DNA of 64,000 nt from Eledone cirrhosa (Eukaryota): assembly GCA_964016885.1 (NCBI GenBank), contig OZ024743.1, positions 171,182,001 to 171,246,000 on the forward strand. Reading direction: 5' to 3'. Shown here in pieces: positions 1 through 12,019 of this stretch. The notes below the pieces were generated by a model, which worked only from the letters and a program-made list of their open reading frames with translations, ran no database searches and was not told the origin of the DNA. How positions within the stretch are numbered: the stretch's first letter is position 1; every line of letters starts with the position of its first letter. Both the position numbers and the translations under genes were made by a program.

Positions 1-296
1 TAATACCATTGAACAACCCTGTATCATAGACAACCTATATATTTCCAGGGGTACTTAGTACCCGTGGGCATATTAACTTCTTTTAATATTCTCCGTTATG
101 TCGAGAACAAATCTGTTGTTCTATTTAGCTGCTATTTTTAGTAGTGTAGTAGACAACACGTCTATGTTTACTTCCGCTTTTGCTACGGACTAGTTCATGT
201 ACAGGTCAAATTTTGGCCTCACTCGATCTTGTGCTAGCTAGCAGATGGCAATATATTTTGCCGTTCCTGGGACTTTAGCCCTAGGAAAGGAAAATG

Positions 297-377
297 GTTC
301 TCTGATGAACTTTACTTTTCCATTAGAAATCCCATGGATTTCTAATGTTTTGTAAAGGGAAACCGATCGGTAAGAGC
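297..377 (+). ncRNA. Type I hammerhead ribozyme
   Basis: Stem I GTTCT/AGAGC. Core CTGATGA 302-308. Stem II CTTTAC/GTAAAG extended by the 12-bp hairpin CATTAGAAATCC/GGATTTCTAATG. GAAA 359-362. Palindromic stem III CCGATCGG. Cleavage triplet GUA ending at 372. Confidence 0.85.
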
Positions 378-782
378 AACTTAGAGTAAGTAAATATTTA
401 AATTATATTTTTGAATTTATTTAAAAAAATTGTTTGATTTTTGCTTGTTCTGCTTATCTCAATATTATAGTTCTGGTATGTCAAATTAATACCATTGAAC
501 AACCCTGTATCATAGACAACCTATATATTTCCAGGGGTACTTAGTACCCGTGGGCATATTAACTTCTTTTAATATTCTCCGTTATGTAGAGAACAAATCT
601 GTTGTTCTATTTAGCTGCTATTTTTAGTAGTGTAGTAGACAACACGTCTATGTTTACTTCCGCTTTTGCTACGGACTAGTTCATGTACAGGTCAAATTTT
701 GGCCTCACTCGATCTTGTGCTAGCTAGCAGATGGCAATATATTTTGCCGTTCCTGGGACTTTAGCCCTAGGAAAGGAAAATG

Positions 783-863
783 GTTCTCTGATGAACTTTA
801 CTTTTCCATTAGAAATCCCATGGCTTTCTAATGTTTTGTAAAGGGAAACCGATCGGTAAGAGC
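783..863 (+). ncRNA. Type I hammerhead ribozyme (second tandem copy)
   Basis: Same fold as 297-377, shifted by 486 bp, with one mismatch in the stem II extension. Confidence 0.85.
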
Positions 864-974
864 AACTTAGAGTAAGTAAATATTTAAATTATATTTTTTA
901 ATTTATTTTAAAAAATTGTTTGATTTTTGCTTGTTCTGCTTATCTCAATATATATATATATATATATATATATT

Positions 975-1076
975 TACGGGGTAACAAATAATAGTTAAAT
1001 GCAGTCCACTTAGGTAAAGTCCAGTTATGGTATTCCAGGTAGTGGACTGCATTTAACTATTATTTGTTACCCCGTA
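975..1076. repeat. Perfect 36-bp inverted repeat at the 5' end of the PLE
   Basis: TACGGGGTAACAAATAATAGTTAAATGCAGTCCACT (975-1010) and its reverse complement at 1041-1076, directly after (TA)n. Confidence 0.9.
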
Positions 1077-1198
1077 TATTTAGCTCCCACCTGGTCGAGC
1101 AACACCATTAACGCACGGCAACAACATGGAGAAGCACCGTATAGGTATGTCACTGAAAAACATACCTATACCTACAAAAAAAGGACTATACACTGGGC

Positions 1199-3529
1199 AT
1201 GATACGACGGACTAATGATTTCATCCGCAGGGTCCGATGGAAAGCTTACCATTTCGATAAGGGACCGAATACCAACGGAAAGGAATTTTCTAAGGAGAAT
1301 TACGGGTTTAAATCCTGCAAAAACCCGCCAAACAACCCCGCACTCGATGCCTTCGAGCTGGACCTTATGAACATGATAAGTGAAACTAAATTTAAAAAAG
1401 GAACAAATCACAACAAATTGCAAAATGACTTAAATATATTACTAAAAAAACTAAAAGACACTAACGGTATCATAGTAAAAGCAGACAAAACATCAAACGT
1501 ATACTCTATGGACATTAACACATACAATAGCTTTATCCAGCGTGAACTACATAAACAATATAAAAAAACAAATGAATCTACACTCACCAGCATTAACATG
1601 GAGGGCCTCAAGATAGTTAATAAACTCGGAATTCCAGATAGGACCGAACCACTAACCCCGTGCAACCCAACATTTAACCTGAAGCATCACAAAAATAACT
1701 TTGAAACTAATCCCACCATTAGATTAATATGCCCATCCAAGTCAGACATAGGTAAAATTAGCAAGAACATTCTAGATAGGGTAATCGCACAAATAAAGGG
1801 TAAACTAGAAATCAATTTATGGGGCAACACTAACGAGGCATTTAAATGGTTCAATAAAATACAAAATAGGGAGACGTGTAACTTCATACAATTTGATATA
1901 GACGACTACTATGCATCCATATCCCCAGCTACCCTAGATAAGGCGCTTATATTTGCCCAAAATAACTCTGATCTTACCCATGATGAAATTGAAATAATAA
2001 TAGCGGCTAGAAGGACTATCATAAAATTTGAAAATAGCTACTGGGTAAGAAAGGATAGAATAAATAGCTTCGATATAACAATGGGATCAAATGATTCTGC
2101 GCAAATCACAGATATCGTGGGGCTATTCATAGCACACAACCTACATAAGGAATTTAGTAACCTCCAAGGAGGAATTTATAGGGACGACACGTTACTTATA
2201 GCTAGGAACCTAAACAACCAGAGCATGGAAAGACTAAGAAAAAATATTAGAATATTCTTTAAAAAACTAGGCCTAAGTATTACCTACGAACTAAACCATA
2301 AGAAGGTAAATTTTCTAGATGTGACTCTAAATCTAAATACTGGATTAATAGAACCTTTCCACAAAAATAATGAAAATCTTGCTTACATTAGTTACAACTC
2401 AAATCACCCCAAATCCATAATTAGATCCATAGCACGTAGTATATCCCTCCGAATATCCCGCTTATCCTCAAACCTAGAAATCTTTAACGAGCATGCTGAC
2501 TATTATAATGCAGCATTACGCAGGGCCGGTCATAAAGATAAACTGCAGTATATAGTGAATAAGGACAACGTAAACAATCCTAGTAATTACTACTCCAACC
2601 GCTCACATAATAATAGAAATAACTTGACTAGACATAGGGTTAGACACGTAACACCTGGAGTAAACGGCCAAAACACTAATAACGTAAACCCAAGAAACAA
2701 TAGAAGAAACAGACAAAGAAAATACCTATGGTTCAACCCAATATTCAACTCCTCTATAAAAACTAGACTGCCCTCTACATTCTTTAAACTAATAGATAAA
2801 CACTTCCCTATTTCGCATAGATATCACAAAATACTCAATAGATCGACTATAAAGCTCTCATACTCAACAGCAGCTAACATAGAATCACACATACGCAAGA
2901 TCAACCACAGAAATATCTCAAGTAAATCAACTGCACCTATACATAACGTAGCACCAAATTATAAGCACAAACACATCACAACATCACATCCACAAGCGCA
3001 TACAAACGCGCAGCAGCAAAACCCCATTGGGCATATATCACAACCCACTTATAACGGAGTACTAAACAGGAATGTAAAAGCTGCACAAAATAGCGCCTCA
3101 AACTGTAACTGTCACCTACCAGATAGGTGCCCATTGGCGAACAGATGTCTCGATTCGAGCCTAGTGTACATGTGCACGGTCATCTCGGGTAACTCCACCT
3201 GGAATTACATAGGATCCACTGCGGGTTCTTTTAAAAAAAGATGGTATGTGCACAGACACTCAATGAAAAACCGTGCACTTATGGGTTCCACAACCCTCGC
3301 CAAAAAAATATGGGAACTGAAGGACAGCAGCACTAACTACAGTATCAACTGGTCGAAATTGTCGGCTGCTAAAACCTATAGTACAGGGATGTCCCACTGC
3401 GGGCTATGTCATCTTGAGCTATTGTATATTCTCAAAAATGTAAAAAGGCTACTTAACAATAAGTTAGAAAGATCTATCTTCTGCAGACATAGAATTGCCA
3501 CTAAATTCATAAGATTCAAACCTCCGTGA
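1199..3529 (+). CDS. PLE reverse transcriptase / GIY-YIG endonuclease polyprotein; true start probably ATG 1126 with a +1 frameshift in an A-run
   Basis: RT motifs KADK, FDIDDYY, ITMGS, YRDD, NFLDV. Then WFNP, Cys motif CNCxxxxxCPLxxxC, GIY-YIG-like LVYMC...YIGST...R...H, CGLC, CRH. The upstream frame MEKHRIGMSLKNIPIP matches the N-terminus of the 35227 element. Confidence 0.92.
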   Translation: MIRRTNDFIRRVRWKAYHFDKGPNTNGKEFSKENYGFKSCKNPPNNPALDAFELDLMNMISETKFKKGTNHNKLQNDLNILLKKLKDTNGIIVKADKTSNVYSMDINTYNSFIQRELHKQYKKTNESTLTSINMEGLKIVNKLGIPDRTEPLTPCNPTFNLKHHKNNFETNPTIRLICPSKSDIGKISKNILDRVIAQIKGKLEINLWGNTNEAFKWFNKIQNRETCNFIQFDIDDYYASISPATLDKALIFAQNNSDLTHDEIEIIIAARRTIIKFENSYWVRKDRINSFDITMGSNDSAQITDIVGLFIAHNLHKEFSNLQGGIYRDDTLLIARNLNNQSMERLRKNIRIFFKKLGLSITYELNHKKVNFLDVTLNLNTGLIEPFHKNNENLAYISYNSNHPKSIIRSIARSISLRISRLSSNLEIFNEHADYYNAALRRAGHKDKLQYIVNKDNVNNPSNYYSNRSHNNRNNLTRHRVRHVTPGVNGQNTNNVNPRNNRRNRQRKYLWFNPIFNSSIKTRLPSTFFKLIDKHFPISHRYHKILNRSTIKLSYSTAANIESHIRKINHRNISSKSTAPIHNVAPNYKHKHITTSHPQAHTNAQQQNPIGHISQPTYNGVLNRNVKAAQNSASNCNCHLPDRCPLANRCLDSSLVYMCTVISGNSTWNYIGSTAGSFKKRWYVHRHSMKNRALMGSTTLAKKIWELKDSSTNYSINWSKLSAAKTYSTGMSHCGLCHLELLYILKNVKRLLNNKLERSIFCRHRIATKFIRFKPP

Positions 3530-3845
3530 ATCGAACCAACACAACATAGCTTTAAATTAGGATACCTAGTACCCACAGAAATATATTCATTAAGTATACT
3601 ATATCCTTCACAAGTCTATACCACACAAATGTCTGTAAGTACCTCATCTACCCACAAACTTATTCCTTCTCAGTTGCTGCCATCATTTGATCCTAAATCC
3701 TAGTTTTTCTCAAATCACTACTACAATGTAACTTTACCTTCCTTTTGCCATAATTACAATTAGCACGCTTATCTCTTTGCATGTATGTATATTTTTGTAC
3801 GAGTGTATATTGATGTGTATGTATGTGTCTATGTACACATGCATG

Positions 3846-3962
<117 letters not shown>

Positions 3963-4327
3963 ATATGCGTATATTACTTCGTTAACCTCTGTATTAACTC
4001 AACAACTATTTAGCTTTGACAGTGTTGTCCCACTCATGTATACTATTGAAGATGAAAAGAAAGACTGTAAACACTGGCTTATCTTTATAATTTAAAATTG
4101 ATACACACTTCGATACTCTGTACATGCCAAACTCTTACTTTTGCCTCATGACAGCTAGTTTTACACGCCGTAACGTTAGATACATTATACCCCCCACCTA
4201 AGTAATGTCAGGGTCTCCTCAAATAATTTATTAATAGCATTGTTGTAATTGTTGTTATTGTTCTAATTGAATACTACTTCATATAGTAGCCTGTATATTC
4301 TTTTCTTGCCTGTGTATTTTCTTCATT

Positions 4328-4446
4328 CTCGCATGCTCCGAAGATCTGACTGGTTATAATTTTGTATTGGCGATCGAGTAACGTGAAAATAAGCGAATAA
4401 CGATCTCTAGACCTACCAGTTCTGAGAAACAATTGTCAGCTATGAG
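4328..4446 (+). ncRNA. Hammerhead-like fold with variant core CCGAAGA and a long stem II insertion
   Basis: GCT/AGC stem I (extended by CTC/GAG). CCGAAGA 4338-4344. ACTGGT/ACCAGT in stem II. GAAA 4426-4429. Palindromic CAATTG. GUC site ending at 4437. Lies at the PLE 3' end. Confidence 0.6.
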
Positions 4447-4493
4447 ATTAAAAACCTTTTTTGTATAGCAAACCATGTCAACCTTCTTTCCTG

Positions 4494-4525
<32 letters not shown>

Positions 4526-4530
<5 letters not shown>

Positions 4531-5224
4531 AGTATGCATGTATACGTACATACATATATGTATACAGACGTACAGTAGCATGCACATATATATATATATA
4601 TACATATATATATACATATGCATACAGGTACACATACATATATGCACGTATCAGTTTAACGGCGCTAACGTCGCTTTGTTCGTTTGTAAACAAACTGAAC
4701 AGCCTGAATTTATGCCATACGGTGTTAAGGCAACCACGTCACCTTTTTGTTCAACACTGACACAGGAACGATGTACTAGTTTCAAGCTTGTTAGCTATCA
4801 TCAGCACCGTTTACCCATCTGCCAGATAGTTGAACGTTCGAAAGTATATACTTTCCTTATGAAAATTAACGGCTGAGCAGCCTAATTTGCATATTGAGTG
4901 AGTTAAATCGGTCAGGCATACCGAAAACGATAAATTGAAACAAAATGAAAACGAAATTTCATTTCTCACTCTTAGTATGGCACTTACTTAAATGTAAGTA
5001 TGCATGTATACGTACATACATATATGTATACAGACGTACAGTAGCATGCACATATATATATATACATATATATATACATATGCATACAGGTACACATACA
5101 TATATGCACGTATCAGTTTAGCGGCGCTAACGTCGCTTTGTTCGTTTGTAAACAAACTGAACAGCCTGAATTTATGCCATACGGTGTTAAGGCAACCACG
5201 TCACCTTTTTGTTCAACACTGACA
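4526..5224 (-). repeat. Tandem repeat, 466-bp unit, about 1.5 copies; carries a minus-strand hammerhead; second copy abuts a LINE
   Basis: ATGTAAGTATGCATG at 4526 and 4992. Duplicated spurious ORFs at 4538 and 5004. Confidence 0.9.
4769..4809 (-). ncRNA. Minimal type I hammerhead ribozyme
   Basis: Minus strand reads CGGTG-CTGATGA-T AGCT AACA AGCT T-GAAA-CTAG-TA-CATCG: stems I and II plus palindromic stem III. Confidence 0.85.
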
Positions 5225-8218
5225 ACAAAGATACGGCCATTGAGGAAATGAATGCTGACGGGCTAGGACAAGATTTGGTTGATATCCTAAACTTAATGGT
5301 AGATGAAATGAATAATGATAGTGGGAAACCTATGAACCTAAGATTTGTAGACAGGAAAAAGTTAAAAGAAACAACAGCTAAGGTAAACAAAGTTATCCCA
5401 TACCTTGAGGCGAGGAACCTTCACCAGTGAAACAATATCCTCAAAGCAACAGCAAATGCGGTGAGGAAATTACTTGGCATAAAAGAGAGAGGAAACAACA
5501 AACAAGAAAGATCAGAAACTTGGTGGAAGAAACGACTGAATGGTCAAATCAGGGAAATGAGAAATGACATGGGAAAGCTTGAGTCCCTGCTGAATGGGAC
5601 ACTAAAAAACAGACACTAAAAATAGACTGGAAATAAAGTACAAAACTAGAAGGAAAAGGCTAAATATTATCATAGAGGAACTGAAGCAACGCATTGTAGC
5701 AAAGAGTGCAAAAATTAGGCGATACGAGAGCAGAGTCAGTCAGTATAGACAGAACCGCATGTTTGACAACAACCAGAAGATGTTGTTGGACAGCTTGAAG
5801 GGAAAGAAAGAGGCAACGACTTGATCCCTGAGGCGGAACAAACTAAGACATTCTGGTGAGGAATATGGGAGCAGGATGTTAAACATAATGACCAGGCAGT
5901 GTGGATTGAGCCAGTACAAAATGAGATTAGTGAACAGGCACACCAACAAAATGATTTGAGTATCACAGTTGAAACTCTTAAGGTGCAGGCCAAAAAACTA
6001 ACCAACTGGAAATCACCAGGCCCAGAAGGTGTGCAGGGGTATTGGATTAAAAATGTAACATCCCTCCACCCGAAACTGACAAACATGTTCAATGACTGCT
6101 TGATGTCAGGTTAGGTACCAGAGTGGTTGACAAAAGGTACCACAGTTCTGGTAATGAAAGACCGAATCAAGGGTAATGATGTTACCAAATATAGACCTAT
6201 CACATGTCTGTCCGTAATGTGGAAACTGTTGACAAACATTGTGTCTGAGGAAATCTACCATCACCTCCACACAAACAACTTGTTACTGGACGAACAGAAA
6301 GGATGCCGAAAGAAGTCCCGTGGTACAAAGAACCAGTTACTTATTGATAAGATGGTAATGAGGAATTGCAAGAGGAGACACACTGGTCTTTCCATAGGAT
6401 GGATAGACTACAAAAAAGGCGTTTGACATGGTGCCTCATTCTTGGATCACCAAAAGCCTAGAGATCTTCAAGGTGTCAGATAACATCATACAGTTGTTGA
6501 GCAAAAGTATGAAGTCCTGGAAAACAGAGTTAACATCAGCTGGAGAATCCTTGGGAGGCGTGAAGATCAAGAGAGGTATCTTCCAGGGAGATAGTCTGTC
6601 CCCTCTGTTGTTTGTCCTTGCCCTGATTCCCCTGACCATTATACTGCGAAAAGTGAGAGCAGGATACAAGTTGGGAAAGGGAGAGCTTACCATTAATCAC
6701 CTCTTCATGGACGATCTTAAGCTCTTCGGGAAGAGTGAGAAGGAGTTGGATGTGCTTGTTGACACTGTCCGTATTTTCAGCAATGATATATGTATGCAAT
6801 TTGGTATTAGTAAGTGTGGAGTCCTTGTGATGAGGGGTAAATTGAGCAGAATTAACGGAATCCAGGTATCAACAGGTGACATGATAAAGGAAATTGATGC
6901 TGAAGAGGGATACAAATATTTAGGTGTTCTGGAGGCTGGTGACATCAAGAACAAAAAGATGAAGGAATTGATAAGATCTGAATACATTCGGAGAGTAAGG
7001 AGCGTACTAAAATCACATCTGAACAGTAGGAATGCCATAAGTGCAGTAAATTCCCGAGCTGTGTCTATTATTATGTACAGTGCGGGAATTCTGAGATGGA
7101 ATGTTGCTGAACAAAAAGAAATGGACAGGAAGACTAGGAAGCTATTGACTATCTACAACATGTTCCACAAGAGGAGTGATGTCGATAGACTCTATTTAAG
7201 GAGATCTGAAGGTGGAAGAGGTCTTATCAGCATAGAGGACTGTGTTCAGATGGAGAAAAACAACCTACACAAATACGTGACCGAGACTAAGGAGCCAATG
7301 CTCAGAATTGTACTGAAAGAGAGGACAATAGACTAGGCGATGTCCAAGAAGGAAATAACAACAAGGAGAAAGAGCAACCTTCATGAAAAATCCCTTCATA
7401 GTACCTTCTTTAAGAAAACGGAATTCAGAGATCCACAGACACGGAACTGGTTGAGAAAAGGAGACCTTAAAAAGGCTACAGAGGGAATGCTAATGGCTGC
7501 GCAAGAGCAGGCCCTCAAAACGAAGTGGCTGAAACACCATATTTACAAGGAGGAGGCTAGCTCACTGTGCAGGATCTGTGGAGAGAGAGAGGAGACTGTG
7601 GCTCACATTGTATCCGAGTGTAAACACCTAGCCCAGACTCACTATAAGGGCTGGAGACATGATGTGATGGGTAGGGTGATCCACTGGCACCTATGCAAAG
7701 TAAACAATTTACCACATTCTGAGAAGTGGTATGAGCATAAGCCAGAGTCGGTGATAGAAAACGATCAGGTGAAGGTGCTATGGGATTTTAGGATACAGAT
7801 GGACAAGAAACTGGAACACAATAGACCTGACCTGGTGGTTTTTGACAAGGAAAATAGATCGTGCCTGATTGTGGATGTGGCCTGCCCATTCGATACGAGA
7901 GTGCCAGAGAAGGAGAGGGAGAAAATTAACCGATACCAGGACTTAAAGTGGGGGGTAAAAAGGATTTGGAACTGCCATGAGTTCAAAGCGGTCCCGATTG
8001 TCATAGGCGCACAAACAGTTTCCAGGGATGGTTAAAGAAAATTGGCCCCGCCCTGCTTTTTGGAACGCTTCAAAAGACATGCTTGCTGGGAACAGCAAGA
8101 ACCCTCCGATACCTCCTGAATATCTGAGGCTGCAGGTAGTGGCTTGATATTCATTTCAACAAACTTTCCAGTTAACTAACATCAATGACTGAGACTCAAC
8201 GAATAATAATAATAATAA
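5225..8218 (+). mobile_element. R4/Dong-type non-LTR retrotransposon (RT, CCHC, restriction-like endonuclease); 5'-truncated and frameshifted
   Basis: YRPITCL, GIFQGDSLSP, FMDDLKL, CRICGEREETVAHIVSEC, RPDLVV..LIVDVACP..EK..RYQDL. Ends in a (TAA)n tail. Confidence 0.9.
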
Positions 8219-8220
8219 TG

Positions 8221-11200
8221 CTTTCTTTATTAACGACTGTAAAAGAAACAGAGGATCTAACAAAAACAGAGGATGTAACAAAAAGATACAATGAAAAATT
8301 CCCCAATAGGGGGGACACTTCCGAGGGACATTCAAGGAGAAAGCCCATTAAAAAAAAAGTCACGGTGACCCTGACCACCAGGGCAAGTGCCCTTTCCCAG
8401 TTTTCCACCTTCAATTTACAGGCACATACTCAGAGTAGGCCCATTTACACAGGCCATTTTTGCCTCTCTCACCCATCTTTCAACAAAATGTTGGGAAGGG
8501 AACACTTCTCTCTCTACCCTAATTTTCCTTTTTAAATGAAATTTGAAAAAGTTAATCAGGGCATCACTGAAGAGGCAAGTGCTCGTCTTCAGCCCTTTCA
8601 AAGGCGTCCACCATACTATCTCTTTTGCCATGGCCACCAGACAGATAAAAATTGCCCGCATTCCCGGCTAAAGGAAGAGAGCGGGGAAATCCTCACGTTG
8701 GACTCAGCTGATAGCTGGATCCGTCCTATACGCGACAGCAGGTGTTCGACATAAACCCACAAGCCAGCAACGCGCGTTGATTTTCATCGACACCTAGAGT
8801 TTCCCCAAGTACGTCGTCGCTCTTCCCCTCCACTAATCCTCTATAGAAAGCCAAAGTGGAGTTTCCACCGATCACATTGCCCGATTGGTCGAGGGCTGTG
8901 AGCGCCTGAAGATATTCCAGTCTCCAAGCGCTCCCTCTCGGTCTTCGCTTGACCCAGGACTGCAGCCCGTCAAGGAGACGAGCTGGGGAAAGACGCGTCT
9001 AGCAAACTGCGACCACACCTGATCACCGTCGAGAAAGAAGGTGGAGATGCCGTAGCCTGAGCGTGTGTCTGCGCATCATCAGCCACGGCATGCCCAGATC
9101 TCCACGTAGCGGGTGTTGACAGCAGATGGACCGCCTGACCATCGGAGCGCGTCCCTTCCTCAAAAAGTGAAAGACCAAACGCTCCAGCGCAGTCAGGCGA
9201 GGCTTAGGACAAAGCACAACGGTCAGGCGGTAGTAGATAACGGACGCGATGTACGCGTTAGGTACCTCCGCTCGACCTTTCAAGTATAGCTTCCTCTCAG
9301 CCCATTTCTGGGTGAGAGAAACCACCCTTCTCGTCACCTCGTCCCAGTTTTTATCCGTCTGGTGGTCCGGACCGAAATAGACCACTAGCAATTTAACTGG
9401 TCTGTCCGTCCAGCGCCCGACGACGCTGTTGGACGGCATGGACCTGTCTCTCCAGGTGCCGAGCTGCAGGCCCACCGACCTTTCCTGGTTGATCATTGCT
9501 CCTGTCCCCGCTTCGTATTCTCTTAGTGTAGTGCCGATCGCCTCGATGTGTTTGGCGTTCGGCACCACTACGGTGACATCGTCCGCATATGGTGACATGG
9601 ATCTTCCGCATCCTAGTTCGCGCGGGACCCCACTCAACGTCTCCAGTTTGTGCAGTAATGGCTCTAGAGTCAATACGTACAAGAGGGACGACAGGGGACA
9701 TCCTTGGCGGACCGAGCACATGATGTTGAACGGTTCCGAAAGGTGACCGTTCACTCTCACCACAGAGCAGATGTCGCTGTGCATGGCAGTGATCCAGCCT
9801 CTGAAGACGGGCCCAAAGCCAGCCACTCTCAGGACTGCCGCCAGATAACGATGGTCGACCCCATTGAAAGTTTTCGACTGATCTAAATTGATCTAGGACT
9901 CACCCGTACTACGTTGCCTAGCTACCCTCCCCACGATGTATCGCATGAGGTGGAGGTTGTCGTGGATGGATCTGTCGGGAATGGTGTATGTCTGCGCCTC
10001 TCCCACCAAGGGCCAATTTCGCCGCAAGTACGTCGGTCGCGATGCCTTTGCTAAGCGCCTCGTCTAATATTCTAACTAGTTCTTCCTCTGCTCTATTTTT
10101 CTCTATTACTAAAGCCTTACTAAACCTAATGGACTCTATTCTAATCGCTCTTTTCAGAGCAAACCACCACTTGTTGTTGATAATGGCCCCCGTCAATGCC
10201 CGCTTAACTAGTTCGCTAATCCGGTCTCTGTAGGCCTTGCGCGCTGGTAACCACGCATTTAGCTTCCAGTAGCCGGGTCCTCGTCTATGAAGCCTATCTA
10301 AGTCAAGCACACAGATCACGAATTTGTGGTCCTATTCTGGGTGAGGTCATGTTGAAATGGAGTGGAAAAGATGAGAAAGACCGCTTACCTTACTTCTCGT
10401 AGAGGAAGGATGGTTTCTCCATCCTATTAACTGCTTGTGGCCTCCCCCCGAAGGATTTCCTTATAAATCCTCCTGGAGATTGCTTGTCGGAAGGCTCCGA
10501 TGTCCTTGGGGAAATTTTGTTTTAGTGTCGTGTACGTTTTCTGTGTGATGCGAGTGATTTGTATGTGTGGAGGTGGTGTGAATTTTTGGGGTGTTGTGTA
10601 GTCTTTTTCTGTGATGCTGGTGTTGTGTTGGATGTAGTGTAATAATTGCTTGTTGTTCAAATTTAATGCTGTGTAGTGTGTATCGTTTTGGTTGTTTTTT
10701 TTTGTTGTTTTGTTTTGTTATGGGTTTACTCCTGTTGCGCTTTTTGGTGACTTTTGTGGTGTTGGTGATGGTGGTGTTGGGGTTAATGATGGTGATGGTG
10801 TTGGTGTTTGTGGTGATGGGGTTGGTGATGCTGGTGTGGATGGTGGCATAGCTGTCCTAACTTTTTTCTTTGTTAGTTTATTTGTTCCCTCCTGTATTCT
10901 GTTTTTGGAGGGGGAAGGAAGAGGATATATTTCTTTTTTTGGTTCTTTTTTCCTGATACAGTTTCCCACTCCCCGTCGTCACAGTCTGTCTGCAGTTGCG
11001 ATAGGTCGGGGAGTGGAAAATCCTCCACAGGCATTGGTTTTGGTTGTGGCGTGGTGGATGGTGGAGGCGCTAGTGCTAGTTCTGGCGCAGTGGGTGGCGG
11101 TGGTGTTGGTTTTGCTAATGTTGCTGGGGTTGTTGCTGCTACAGTTGCTTCTGTTGTTGCTGCCATTTCTGCTGCTGGTGGTGTTGATGGTTGTGTCACT

Positions 11201-11390
11201 GGGGTGGGTAAGAGAGGTAGCTTCAACTTTTTAGCCTGAGTGCAGAAAGCTTTTAGGTGGTTTCCTTCACCATAAACGACACACTTAGGCCTTCTACCCT
11301 CAACGATTACGGTGAGGGGGTGGGGGAGGCTGACCCTGTACCCATCTTCTTTTACCATTCTCTTGGCTTCATTTAATTCATCCTGACTTA
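8221..11390 (-). mobile_element. Tx1/L1-clade LINE, degenerate with internal deletions
   Basis: RT SVRQGCPLS and PYADDV. GPGYWKLN after the endonuclease region. ORF1 remnant with a degenerate zinc knuckle (KCVVYGEGNHLKAFC) and a Pro/Thr-rich linker. AATAAA-like 3' end at about 8225. Confidence 0.85.
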
Positions 11391-12019
11391 CCGCGATTGA
11401 TTCGCTTTTCTTGGCTGTTTTGGCAAACGACACATTTTGCTTTGCGATGGTATTGATGTTTTTATTCTCATTGTTGTTTGGATCAGAAATATTATAGTCA
11501 AAGAAGAGGAAAATGGCTACGTGGACAGACAGGCAAATATTTTCACCACCAACACCACCACCGCCACCATCACCACTACCACACCAATAAAATCTAGCCA
11601 AGCCAACTGTTACTTCAACTTCTATTTCTACTTCAACGTCAACACCATCACTATAGTACTACGATCACATCACCACCACCACCACTGCCTCATTATCGCT
11701 ACCGCCGCTATTCTCTCCCACTACCTCCTGCTAAGACAGAGGTATCGTAGTATTCCCACTAAATGAGGAAGGCATCAAAAGATATAAATAGACTGATTCG
11801 ATGACCCGGTCAAAAATTCAAAAAATCAAAAATCAAAATCAAAACAGCACAACAGTAACGAAAAAAGTACAGAAAAGAAAAAAGAAAAGAAAAACAAAAA
11901 AAACAACAAAAAACAAAAAACAAAAAAAAAAGTCAGACATTCAAACATTACATTACAATGAAACTTATGCTTATTTATTTTAGGTTTTTACCTATTTGTT
12001 TGTTTGTTTATTTATGTTC

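Larger units (their letters stand above)
1..950 (+). repeat. Tandem repeat, 486-bp unit, about 2 copies visible (may continue upstream of the window); each unit carries a hammerhead ribozyme (retrozyme or PLE pLTR-like)
   Basis: TAATACCATTGAACAACCCTG starts at 1 and again at 487. Copies are near-identical. The second copy ends in (TA)n at about 950. Confidence 0.95.
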
